A DNA stretch of 44,433 nt from Actinomycetota bacterium (GCA_005805375.1 SYMT01000216.1:1-44433); one strand, 5' to 3'; counted from the first letter of the stretch, positions 18,547 through 28,340 are shown. Numbers and translations are program-made. The notes: generated by a model not told the origin, from the sequence alone.

Positions 18547-19743
18547 TCAGCAGTCCACGCGGTGCAACGCGACCGCTGTCTCGTCCAATTCCACCCCGAG
18601 TCCCGGTTGGGTCGGCAGTGGCACATATCCGCCCACAATCGGAATCGGGTCCACGATCAGATCGTCCGAGCGGAGAAAATTGCCCACCATGTCACCTGGT
18701 AGTGTGCAATTGGCTGCGGCGAAACTGGCATGCACATAGGCCATGTCGCGGATACCCAGATCCACGCCGCTCCCGTGCCAGACCCGGATTCCCGCTTGCT
18801 CCGCCAGCCAAGCCATGCGCACGAAGGACGCCATGGACCCGTTGAGATTGAAATAATCCACCGCATTCAAGCGCACGGCAGCGAGCACGGCAGCCGGAGT
18901 GGATGCGTGGATGGCGATCGGCAGGGGCGACACCTGGCGCAGGTGGACGTACGCCTCCAGGTTGTCCCGCCACGGCACCGGGTCCTCAAGCACGAGGACA
19001 TTGAAGCGTTCCAGCGCCCGCGCCATCCGCAGCGCCTGGGCCGGCTCGTAGAACCGGCAGTTGGGATCCACGGTGATGGTGAAGTCAGGTCCGCATGCGT
19101 CCGTGATCGCCGCCACGCGTTCGACGATGGGATCATCCTCGGAGATGGCCGCCCACCGGGCGTGGTCGCCGGGGGAAGCGGCGCCGGCCGGTGACGCTCC
19201 CCGATCCGAACTGACCGCCGCGTCGGCGCTGCCTCGCGGCGGCTGCCGCCGCGCGTTCGGATTGGCCAGGGCTGCCTTGATTTTGATGCCGTGAAACCCG
19301 CGTTCCAGGCCTGCCCGCGCCTGTCCGGCGGTGTCTTCCGGACTTCGGCGGCTCGCCCAGTAGTCCACCAAAACCTGTTTCTGCCGCGCGCCCCCGAGCA
19401 GTTGATGGACCGGCACCTCCCACGTGCGTCCGAGCAGATCGAGAATCGCCATCTCGAACGTGTCGTAGGCGGCTTCGGGCGGCAGCGGCAGACTGTGCAG
19501 CGGAAAGCCCCGAGGATCCTTCCCCAGGATCGCCTGAATTCCGGCCTCAATGGCCGCCTCGCTCTCGCCGCGCGAACTCTCGCCCACCCCGGCCACTCCT
19601 GCATCGGTATGCAGTCGAATGATCCACTTGGGGACCGCGTCGAAAGTGGCCAGGCCAGGATCCCACCATCGGCCACTCCGCTCCAGAACACCCTCTCGAC
19701 ACGGGACGACGACCTGCCACTTCTCCACGCAGGTGATGCGCAT
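18547..19743 (-). CDS. Mandelate racemase/muconate lactonizing enzyme family (enolase superfamily)
   Basis: TDAGVAGVGE, MAILDLLGR...VPVHQLLGG, KIK, VDPN, EDP, PGLGVELD. Confidence 0.88.
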   Translation of the reverse strand: MRITCVEKWQVVVPCREGVLERSGRWWDPGLATFDAVPKWIIRLHTDAGVAGVGESSRGESEAAIEAGIQAILGKDPRGFPLHSLPLPPEAAYDTFEMAILDLLGRTWEVPVHQLLGGARQKQVLVDYWASRRSPEDTAGQARAGLERGFHGIKIKAALANPNARRQPPRGSADAAVSSDRGASPAGAASPGDHARWAAISEDDPIVERVAAITDACGPDFTITVDPNCRFYEPAQALRMARALERFNVLVLEDPVPWRDNLEAYVHLRQVSPLPIAIHASTPAAVLAAVRLNAVDYFNLNGSMASFVRMAWLAEQAGIRVWHGSGVDLGIRDMAYVHASFAAANCTLPGDMVGNFLRSDDLIVDPIPIVGGYVPLPTQPGLGVELDETAVALHRVDC

Positions 19744-19953
19744 TTTGGAACTCCGGAAGATACTGACAGTAGGAGTGTGCGCCGCCACCAGTGCAGATCC
19801 CTGCGTCACGGGACGTCGTGACGTATTTTTGTTCTACTGGCACTTCTTGCCCGCAGATGGTGCGCCCCGCGTGGTTGACGTTTCGCTGCTGCTTAGCCCA
19901 TAAACTTCGGCAACACAATGCGGTTTGGAGTTCCGGTTCAGGGAGGAATCAGA

Positions 19954-21546
19954 ATGGAGACGCTGATCGAGGGAGGACGTGCCGCCGGCACCCGACCCCC
20001 CGACTCGGTGCCTGCAGAGGCCCGGATGGACCCTCTGGCCGAGCATTCGCTGGATGGGTACGACGCCGAATCAGTGTTCGGCGCCGGTTCCGGCCTCACG
20101 TTTGACGATCTCATCGTTCTTCCGGGATACATTGACTTCCCGGCGGCGGATGTGCGCCTGGAAACGCACCTCACCCGGAACATCCGCATCAAACGGCCGC
20201 TGATCAGCTCGCCGATGGATACGGTGACGGAAGCGGCAATGGCCATCACGCTGTCGCTCCTCGGCGGCATCGGAATCCTGCACTACAACAACACCGTCGC
20301 AGAGCAGGTCGAGATGGTACGCAAGGTGAAGCGCTACGAGAACGGGTTCATTACCGACCCGATTTCCCTGTCGCCGGAACACACCATCGCCGATGTAGAC
20401 GCCATCACGGCGCGGTACGGTTTTTCGGGGATTCCGATCACTGCGGACGGCACCCTGGAGTCTCCGCTGGTCGGGATCGTCACCAACAGAGACACAGACT
20501 TCGAGCGAGACCGCAGCCGCAAGTTGCGGGAGGTGATGACCACGGAACTGGTCACTGCGCCCAAGGGCATCACACTCAGCGAGGCAAATCGCATCCTGCG
20601 TGCCTCCAAGAAGGGGAAACTGCCGGTGGTGGATCACCAGGGGCGGCTGGTGGCGCTCCTGGCCCGACGGGATTTGCTCAAGAACCTCAATTTCCCGGAC
20701 TCCTCCAAGGATGGTTCCAAGCAGCTCCTCTGCGGCGCCGCGGTTTCGACCCGGGACGAAGATCGAGACCGTGTGGACGAACTAGCCGCCGCAGGCGCCA
20801 ACGTCATTGTGGTGGACGCCGCGCAGGGGCACTCGATCTATCAGCAGCGCATGGTGGGGTACATCAAGGGGCGCTATCCACATGTGGACGTGATTGCGGG
20901 CAACGTCGTCACCCGGCAGCAGGCGGAGACACTCATCCACGCAGGAGCCGACGCGCTTCGGGTCGGGATGGGTCCGGGTTCCATCTGCATCACCCAGAAC
21001 ATGATGGCGGTCGGACGGCCGCAGGCGACGGCGGTGTACCGCACCGCCGAGTTCGCGCGCAAGTACGGGGTACCGGTGCTGGCAGACGGCGGGATCAACG
21101 GCATCGGACCGATGGCCAAGGCGCTGGCTCTCGGCGCCAGTGCGGTGATGCTGGGGAACCTGCTCGCCGGCACCCAGGAGGCGCCCGGAGAATACTTCTA
21201 TGACAATGGGGTGCGCGTCAAGCGATACCGCGGCATGGCCAGCCTTGAGGCGATGGGGCAGGGGGGAGCCAAGCGCTACCTGACGGACCGTAATGACCCC
21301 ATCAAAGTCCCCCAGGGAGTTTCCGGCACCGTGGTGGACAAAGGCTCGCTCGTTGACTACGTCCCGTACCTGATGAAAGGTCTTCAACAGGCGTTTCAGG
21401 ACATGGGGTATGCCGACATTCCGTCACTGCATGCGGCGCTGTGGGAAGGGCGTCTCCGCCTCGAACGCCGGACCCCGAACGCAGCGGCGGAGGGCAGCGT
21501 CCACAGCCTCGTGAGCTACGAAACCCCGCGCTTCGGCATACGCTGA
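19954..21546 (+). CDS. guaB: IMP dehydrogenase with CBS pair (eukaryote-like type)
   Basis: [17 protein letters not shown] domains, [14 protein letters not shown] (catalytic Cys), ADGGI, YRGMAS. GGAGG RBS. Confidence 0.97.
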   Translation: METLIEGGRAAGTRPPDSVPAEARMDPLAEHSLDGYDAESVFGAGSGLTFDDLIVLPGYIDFPAADVRLETHLTRNIRIKRPLISSPMDTVTEAAMAITLSLLGGIGILHYNNTVAEQVEMVRKVKRYENGFITDPISLSPEHTIADVDAITARYGFSGIPITADGTLESPLVGIVTNRDTDFERDRSRKLREVMTTELVTAPKGITLSEANRILRASKKGKLPVVDHQGRLVALLARRDLLKNLNFPDSSKDGSKQLLCGAAVSTRDEDRDRVDELAAAGANVIVVDAAQGHSIYQQRMVGYIKGRYPHVDVIAGNVVTRQQAETLIHAGADALRVGMGPGSICITQNMMAVGRPQATAVYRTAEFARKYGVPVLADGGINGIGPMAKALALGASAVMLGNLLAGTQEAPGEYFYDNGVRVKRYRGMASLEAMGQGGAKRYLTDRNDPIKVPQGVSGTVVDKGSLVDYVPYLMKGLQQAFQDMGYADIPSLHAALWEGRLRLERRTPNAAAEGSVHSLVSYETPRFGIR

Positions 21547-21561
21547 GGGAGACGGCAGGTA

Positions 21562-21690
21562 CTGATACTCTGTTGACCTCGGAAAACGGGGCGCAGACAC
21601 GCGAAACTATAGGTGCTTCCGAGTGTCGGATCGGACATCCTGAACACGGAATCTTTTTTGTTCGCCCGAGACTTCGGTCTCGGCGAGCCG
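21562..21690 (+). promoter_or_regulatory. Candidate structured leader/terminator between guaB and the DUF1549 operon
   Basis: Hairpin 21617-21651 followed by TCTTTTTTG; competing pairing of 21578-21584 with 21617-21623; cUUCGg hairpin CCGAGAC-TTCG-GTCTCGG at 21666-21683. Confidence 0.45.
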
Positions 21691-21726
21691 CGTCTTGCGG
21701 CCGCCGGCGGCGGACGGGAGTGGAGT

Positions 21727-24411
21727 ATGGCTTCCTCAGGGAGATGGTCCCGCGCGACGGTCCCGTGCCTTGTCGTGATGACGGCAGGGTTCGTCGCTGT
21801 TCCCGCCGACGCTGCCCCGAGCACGTGGCAAAAACCGATCCAGGTCGCCGCGGCAGGTATGCCTCCGGCGAAGTCGGCGCCTGCGGCCCGCCCGGCGCCC
21901 ATCACATCACTGTCGCTCACCCCGACGGCGATCGTACTCGACGGCCCCCGGTCCGTACATCGCATCCTGGTCACAGGCGTCCGCAAGGACGGCACCCAGG
22001 TGGATCTGACCGGTCAGGCGAAGTTCATCAGTTCGACGCCGAAGGTCGCACAGGTGAGTCCGTTCGGCGTCGCAACTCCGACCGGCAACGGCCAGGGCAA
22101 GATTCTGGTCACCGCCGGAGGGCGACGTGCCGCACTGGCTTTAACCGTCCGCAATGCGGACAAACCGGCTCCGTGGAACTTCTCGAACCATGTCATCTCC
22201 GTCCTGAGCAAGGGCGGGTGCAGCATGGGTGCGTGCCACGGGGCCGCAGCCGGCAAGAACGGCTTCCGTCTCACCCTGCGGGGTTATGATCCGGACCTGG
22301 ACTTTGAGCGCCTTCTGCGTGAGGGCGGCGCCCGCCGTCTGTCGAAGTCCGATCCGGGCAACAGCCTGGTGCTCCTCAAGGGCTCCCTCGCTGTGCCGCA
22401 CGCGGGCGGACAACGCTTCAAGACGGACAGCCTGGAGTACCAGGTCCTCTCCGAGTGGATGGCCGAGGGGATGGCCGGTCCCAGCGCCACCGACCCGACG
22501 CTGGTACGACTGGAAGTCGCGCCCGGTGAGCGGATCCTGGTGGAGAAGGCCGAACAGCAGCTCCTGGTGCGTGCCCACTTCAGCGACGGGCACGTGGAAG
22601 ATGTTACCCACTGGGCACGTTACGCTTCCAACGAGGAAGGCGTCGCCACGGTGGATGACACCGGCAAGGTGCGGATTCAGGGCAACGGCGAGACCGCGAT
22701 TACAGTGATGTACATCGACAAGGTGACCTTCGCTCGCGTATCAGTGCCGTTCCCGAACAAGGTGCTGCCCGCCCAGTATGCGAAGATCCCGGCCCCGAGC
22801 TACATTGACCGGTTGGTGCTGAAGAAGCTCGAAGCCCTTCGCTTGCTGCCGTCCGATGTGGCTGAAGACGCCGAGTACATGCGGCGCACCTATCTCGATC
22901 TCATCGGCACGCTGCCGACAGCAGCCGAAGTGCGCACCTTCCTGGGTGACCAGGATCCGACCAAGCGCGCCAAGCTGGTGGATCAGTTGCTCGAGCGGCC
23001 CGAGTACGTGGACTACTGGACGTACAAATGGGGCGACCTGCTCCGCGTGAACCGCGAAACCCTCACCGAGAAGGGCATGTGGGCCTTCTACAGTTGGGTG
23101 CGCGAGGCAGTTGCCGAAAATCGCCCGTGGGATCGGGTTGTGCATGACGTGCTGACCGCCAACGGGAATACCTTCTCGGATGGCCCCAGCAACTTCTACC
23201 GGATCAGCCGCACGCCGGAAGATCTCACCGAAACGGTGAGCCAGGCGTTCCTGGGAATCCGCGTGCAGTGCGCCCGTTGCCACAACCATCCGTTTGAGAA
23301 GTGGACCCAGCAGGACTATTACAAGTTCGCCAATCTCCTCTCGCGGGTGACCCGGAAGCCGGGCGAACATCCGCAGGATCTGGTCATCACTGCTGCCGCT
23401 ACCGGGGAGATCGCCTTCCCGAAGACCGGCAAGCCCCTGCCTCCCGCCCCGTACGACGGGAAGCCGATGGCCACGGACAGCGCGGAGGATCGCCGTGTCT
23501 ACCTGGCTGACTGGCTGGCCTCGCCGAAGAACAGCTACTTCGTGCAGTCCATCGTCAATCGCGTGTGGCGCCACTTCATGGGGCGCGGCTTGATTGAGCC
23601 GGTGGATGACCTCCGGGCCACGAACCCGGCCTCGAATGAGCCGTTGATGCAGGCGCTGTGTAAGGACCTGGTGGAGCACAACTTCGACCTGAAGCACCTC
23701 ATCCGCCAGATTGCGACCAGCCGCACCTATCAGCTCACTTCGCGGCCCCGGCCGGAAAACAAGAAGGACGACAAGCAGTACAGCCGGTACTTCGTGCGTC
23801 GTCTGACGGCCGAGCAGCTTCTGGATGCGATCTCGCAAGTTACCCAGCAGCAGGAGAAATTCTCCAATCTGCCTGCGGGTTACCGCGCCATCCAGTTGCC
23901 GGACACCAAGGTAGCGAACTACTTCCTGGACGTGTTCGGACGGCCGCCGCGGCAGATCACCTGCGATTGTGAGCGCGCGCAGGAGCCGAACATGGCTCAG
24001 GCGCTGCATCTCATCAACGGCGCCGGCGTCAACCAGAAAATCTCGGCGAATGGCGGCTTCGTGGATCAGCTCCTGAAGTCTCCGAAGAAAGACAACGAGA
24101 TCGTGGAGGAGATGTATCTCACCTGCTTTGGCCGCTTCCCGACCAAGTAGGAGATGGATGCCGCCCTCCAGACCGTGAAGGAAGCGATGGAGCCGCCGAA
24201 GCCGGCCGCAGCGAAGCCTGCGGACCCAAAAGCTGCTGCGGCTGACCCGAAGGCAGCGGACGCGAAGGCCGCGGACGCGAAGCCGGCGGACCCCAAGGCC
24301 GCCAAGCCGGCCGAGCCGCCGAAGTTCGATCCGGTCGTGGCCCGGCGCCAGGTCTTCGAAGATCTGCTCTGGGCGCTTATCAACGGAAAGGAGTTCGTGT
24401 TCAACCACTAG
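21727..24411 (+). CDS. Ig-like (Big_2) + DUF1549 + DUF1553 protein, interrupted by an in-frame TAG at 24148-24150
   Basis: GCSMGACHG, two Ig-like repeats, RRTYLDLIGTLPT, QCARCHNHPFEKW, VNRVWRHFMGRGLIEPVDD, RRLTAEQLLDAI, TCDCER. After TAG the same frame continues to the family C-terminus EDLLWALINGKEFVFNH. Confidence 0.88.
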
Positions 24412-24440
24412 GACGAACACGGGCCCGGTCTCACTGACCC

Positions 24441-24502
24441 ACGGACCGCCGCCGGGCAGCGCTGCACAAATGCAATGCAGCGAATGTCGGCGGCGGTTCC
24501 GT
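24441..24502 (+). other. Long intergenic RNA hairpin inside the operon
   Basis: ACGGACCGCCGCCG...CGCTGCA-loop-TGCAGCG...CGGCGGCGGTTCCGT. No U-tract follows. Confidence 0.55.
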
Positions 24503-24533
24503 CATATGGGGAGAGGCAAGTCTGGAGAGACGA

Positions 24534-25961
24534 ATGAAAATGCGCTTCGTGACGATCAGCGCCGCCGTCGCTGCCGTGTTGCTCCTACCGGGGACGGCCC
24601 ACGCGCAAAATGTAAGCTTCAGTAAGGATCTGGTGCCGATCCTGCGGGAGCAGTGCGTGAAGTGCCACAGCACCCGGCAGCCATCCGGGGGCTTTGCGGT
24701 CTCCACGTTCGCCGCCATCGAAAAGGGCGGCAAGGGCGGCAAGGCACTGGCGCCCAAGCCGGATGACAGCCGGCTGATCAAGTACCTGGAGGGCACGCTC
24801 CAGCCGAAGATGCCGATCGGGGGCTCGCTCACCAAGGAACAAATTGCTAAGTTCCGCGCGTGGATTACCCAGGGCGGAAAGTCGGATGTGGACGTGGGGC
24901 TGGTGGTCATTCCGGACTCCGCCATTCCGGCCGTCAAGACGCCGGTGATCGCGGTGAAGGTGCCGGTGCTGCCGGAGGCGCTCGCGTTGGCGTGGAGCAA
25001 GGACAACAAGTTCCTGGCGATTGGGACGTACAAAACCGTCCTGATCGTGGACCCCTCCACAGGTCAGCGTATCGGTGAACTGAAGGGGCATGCCGACAAG
25101 ATCCACGATCTACAACTGAGCCCGGACGGTAAGATCCTCGCGGCGGCGGGCGGACCGCCCGCCCAACAGGGCGAGATCAAGCTCTGGGACACGACCACGT
25201 GGAAAGAGATCCGAACGATCGTCGGCCATACCGACTACATCTACAGCATCTCCTGGAGCCCGGACAACAAGCGGATCGCCACGGCCAGCTACGACAAGAC
25301 CATCAAGGTGTTCGACGCAACCACCGGGTCCGAAGTCAGCACCCTGAAGGACCATGCGGACGCGGTGTACGCTGTGGCGTTCGACCCCACCGGCAACCTG
25401 CTTGCCTCCGGCAGCGCAGATCGTTCGGTAAAGGTCTGGGATGTGAAAAGCGGAAAGCGTATTTACACGCTGGCGGGCCATACCGACACCGTGTACTCTC
25501 TGGCCTGGAACCCGAAAGGCAACCAGATCACCTCCGTGGGCGCAGACAAGACCGTGCGCACCTGGAACGTGAATCCCCAGAGCGGCAACCAGGCGCGCAA
25601 TGTGACGGCTCACGACAAGGCCGTTGAAGAAGTGGCCTATTCGCCGGACGGCAACGCGATGGCGACCGTGAGTGATGACAAGAGCGTGAAGATCTGGAAT
25701 GCCGCCAACGGGTCCACCACCCACCACATCAAGGACCTCGGCGACGGTCTTCAGTCGGTGGTCTTCAGCCCCGACAGCAAGCTGATCGCGATCGGTGGTT
25801 ACGACGGCACAGTGCGCATCATCAACGCAGCGGACGGCAAGACGGTGAGCACGATCATCGAGATGCCGAAGGCCGCGCCGGCGCCCGCCGCCAAGCCGCC
25901 GGCAGCAGTCCCGGCGAAGCCGACCCCGGCGAAAACGGACGCAAAGCCCCGTTCCCGCTAA
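24534..25961 (+). CDS. Planctomycete cytochrome c (PSCyt1) + WD40-repeat secreted protein
   Basis: Signal peptide; VSFSKDLVPILREQCVKCH; MP.G..L..EQI....WI.QG; about seven GH...V..L..SPDG..LA..S.D.T.K.W repeats. Confidence 0.92.
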   Translation: MKMRFVTISAAVAAVLLLPGTAHAQNVSFSKDLVPILREQCVKCHSTRQPSGGFAVSTFAAIEKGGKGGKALAPKPDDSRLIKYLEGTLQPKMPIGGSLTKEQIAKFRAWITQGGKSDVDVGLVVIPDSAIPAVKTPVIAVKVPVLPEALALAWSKDNKFLAIGTYKTVLIVDPSTGQRIGELKGHADKIHDLQLSPDGKILAAAGGPPAQQGEIKLWDTTTWKEIRTIVGHTDYIYSISWSPDNKRIATASYDKTIKVFDATTGSEVSTLKDHADAVYAVAFDPTGNLLASGSADRSVKVWDVKSGKRIYTLAGHTDTVYSLAWNPKGNQITSVGADKTVRTWNVNPQSGNQARNVTAHDKAVEEVAYSPDGNAMATVSDDKSVKIWNAANGSTTHHIKDLGDGLQSVVFSPDSKLIAIGGYDGTVRIINAADGKTVSTIIEMPKAAPAPAAKPPAAVPAKPTPAKTDAKPRSR

Positions 25962-25996
25962 CGCCGCTACCCTGTACAGGGTTCGCCGCACACTCG

Positions 25997-26034
25997 AGAG
26001 GAGCCGGTCACCGACCGGCTCCTCTTCTTTCTCT
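25997..26034 (+). terminator. Rho-independent terminator
   Basis: Perfect 13-bp stem AGAGGAGCCGGTC-ACC-GACCGGCTCCTCT followed by TCTTTCTCT. Confidence 0.8.
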
Positions 26035-26121
26035 CCATCCGCCGCTGCCCAATCATCCCCGAGGACGGCGGCGCATCGCAGCGTACTCGTTCCTCACGTG
26101 TGCCCCTGCGAGTGCTCCCCC

Positions 26122-26250
26122 CGTACCCGAGCCACGCCGGGTGCCCCCTGGGCGTAGCAAGTGGTCCCCCGCGACGCCCCAGGCCGCCGCCATCCCCTTC
26201 GTACCCGAGCCACGCTGGGTGCCCCCTGGGCGTAGCAAGTGGTCCCCCGC
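26122..26250 (+). repeat. Two 51-bp direct repeats (one mismatch) separated by 27 bp; REP-like
   Basis: CGTACCCGAGCCACGCYGGGTGCCCCCTGGGCGTAGCAAGTGGTCCCCCGC at 26122-26172 and 26200-26250; degenerate copy near 26082-26110. Confidence 0.85.
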
Positions 26251-26394
26251 ACAACAGCCAGCGATTTCCCCACCCCACCACGACCCCGACTTACACCCCC
26301 CCGGCTACCCTGGGTGTTCCAGGTCAAAAGTGGGAAGCGCCTTCTTGGTGAAATGATGAGAACGCAGGTCGCACGGAATAGTTCGCCAGTCAGC

Positions 26395-26733
26395 GCTCGT
26401 CCGCCGGGCCGCGAGGGATTGAAATCGCCTCGCTGGGGGAGCGTCCTACCGGACGGGAACTGGCGATACCCGGGCCCGGCACGCGGACGAAAGGAGTCTT
26501 CCTCGGCTTCTGGGCAGCCTGCCCTACTCGGCTTGGGAGCGAGAGCGTTCGGCCGAGCTTACCGACCCCCCGCCCCGGAACGGGCGACCGCGGGCCTCGC
26601 GATCGCCTTATTCCCGCTGAAGCGTTATCCGCGGACAGGCTGCTGGCGGAGGCCAGGGCCGGCAACCGATTTGAACCGGTTTTCCTCGGAAGTAGCCCCG
26701 CGGTTTTGACCCGGGGCGGGAGGGCGGATGAGC
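26395..26733. repeat. Inverted pair of REP-like palindromes bounded by an 11-bp inverted repeat
   Basis: GCGAGGGATTGAAATCGCCTCGC (26411-26433) and GTAGCCCCGCGGTTTTGACCCGGGGC (26692-26717); outer GCTCGTCCGCC / GGCGGATGAGC. Confidence 0.5.
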
Positions 26734-26825
26734 ACAAACCGGCAAGCTATCGGCGACCCAGTGTTTCGGAGTTTTCACCGAAGTGCTTCCATTGGCGTCC
26801 GGAGGTGCAGTAGCGCACCGTGGGT

Positions 26826-26855
26826 CCACTTGCTCACGCGCGTGGCTCGGGTACG
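26826..26855 (-). repeat. Shorter inverted copy of the 26122/26200 repeat
   Basis: Reverse complement is CGTACCCGAGCCACGCGCGTGAGCAAGTGG: same ends as the 51-mer, without its centre. Confidence 0.8.
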
Positions 26856-27194
26856 TGGGGCAGTTTGACGCGCTGAAGGCAGGCCCGAGACCACGAACTG
26901 TGGGGTGCTTGTGGGATGACGTTTTCGCCCGAACACGCGCCCGTGTTTCGCCTTGTGCACGTTGGGCATTGCAGCTTGCCGTGACGACCACAACCAGTTC
27001 TACATGGTGACGCGTGACACCTCCGAGGCACTCCGAGTGTTCGGGGCGCGGCGCCGCGGAACCCCCTTCAGCACCCGCCGAGGCGACATCCGCACTGCTC
27101 GGCGGTGATCTTCACCATGAGCCTTCAGTGAAACACCGTGGTGCTCAAGGAGCCGCCCGATGGCGCATTCGCACTGCGGAGTACAAATTCCGGG

Positions 27195-27222
27195 GAGGGA
27201 ACAGGCGCGGGTGGGGTGGAAC
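27195..27222 (+). promoter_or_regulatory. Candidate SigH-like promoter GAGGGA-N18-GAAC
   Basis: 56 nt upstream of the Ldh_2 gene start; shares the 18-nt spacing. Confidence 0.45.
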
Positions 27223-27278
27223 AACGGGAGGGCGTCGGCCCCACCCTGGTGAGGTCCGGCAGCCGGGAGGGAGCACGA

Positions 27279-28340
27279 ATGTCGGTCGAAGGGGAAACGG
27301 AAGCGCGCCTGCCCGCCGGGTTGCTGCGGGTGGCCGTGACGGCGGTGTTTGAGCGCTGCGGGATGAGCCCGGACGATGCCGGGCTACTGGCGGACACGCT
27401 CGTCGAGGCGGATCTGCGCGCGGTGCATTCGCACGGGCTGCTGCGGGTGCCGGAATACGTGAAGAAGCTCACCGCCGACGGTGTGAATCCGCAGGGGCGT
27501 CCGCATATCGTCCGCGATGAGGGTGCGTGCCTGGTGGTGGACGGCGGGAATAGCATGGGCCAGATAGGCGCCGCCTTCGCGATGGAACAGGCGATCGCTC
27601 GTGCCGTGACCACCGGCGTAGCTGCGGTGGCGGTGCGCGGAAGCAACCACTGTGGGGCGATGGCCTGGTTTGCCTGCCAGACGCTCCCGCACGATATGAT
27701 TGGGATCGCTACCTCGAACGCGCTGCCTACCATGGCGCCGTGGGGGAGTGCAGAGCGCATCCTGGGCATCAATCCCCTTGCCATCGCGATCCCTACCGAC
27801 GAAGAGCTACCGCTGGTGTATGACGGGGCGTTCAGCATGTCGGCGCACGGGAAGATTCGTATCCTGCAGCAGCAGGGAAAGCCCCTTCCCGAGGGATGGG
27901 CGTTGGATATCGAGGGCCGCCCGACTACCGACCACGCGGCGGCGCTGGCAGGCATGCTGGCTCCCGTCGGGGGCGCCAAGGGGACGGCGCTCGCACTGAT
28001 GATGGGCATCCTCTCGTGCCACCTTTCCGGTGCTCTCTACGGTACCGAACTTGGGAGCCTCGAAGCGGGACCGATCCCCGGAGAGGACAGCCACTTCATG
28101 CTGGCGCTCCGCGTTTCCGCGTTTGAGGAACCCGCCCGTTTCAAGTCCCGTGTGGATGCCGCCATCCGCGAGATCCACGCCAGCCGGCCGGCCGAGGGCG
28201 TGGATCGCATCTATGTGCCGGGAGAGCCTGAATGGCTCCGAAGGCAGGAGTACATCCGCGACGGCGTTCCGCTGACCGCGGCAGTGCGGGACGGTCTGGA
28301 AACAGCGTTTGCGCGCTTCCAGGTGACCTGCCCCTGGTGA
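27279..28340 (+). CDS. Ldh_2 family (malate/L-lactate/L-sulfolactate type 2) oxidoreductase
   Basis: ADLRAVHSHGL.R, VDGGN.MG, RGSNHCGA, LGINPLA, PEGWALD..GRPTTD, GG.KG, VPGE.E. Confidence 0.93.
   Translation: MSVEGETEARLPAGLLRVAVTAVFERCGMSPDDAGLLADTLVEADLRAVHSHGLLRVPEYVKKLTADGVNPQGRPHIVRDEGACLVVDGGNSMGQIGAAFAMEQAIARAVTTGVAAVAVRGSNHCGAMAWFACQTLPHDMIGIATSNALPTMAPWGSAERILGINPLAIAIPTDEELPLVYDGAFSMSAHGKIRILQQQGKPLPEGWALDIEGRPTTDHAAALAGMLAPVGGAKGTALALMMGILSCHLSGALYGTELGSLEAGPIPGEDSHFMLALRVSAFEEPARFKSRVDAAIREIHASRPAEGVDRIYVPGEPEWLRRQEYIRDGVPLTAAVRDGLETAFARFQVTCPW

Noticed and set aside
26122-26250. CRISPR array (repeat-spacer-repeat)
   Set aside because: Only two good copies, the 51-bp repeat is longer than its 27-bp spacer, an inverted shorter copy lies 600 bp away, and no cas genes are present. 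A REP-like repeat fits better.
26350-26500. Hammerhead ribozyme (TGATGAG ... GACGAAA)
   Set aside because: The core is ATGATGA rather than CTGATGA, the parts are ~130 nt apart, and no consistent stems I-III could be built.
26856-27130. RAYT/Y1 transposase remnant beside the REP-like repeats
   Set aside because: No HUH motif or convincing frame could be read; it would need a BLASTX hit.
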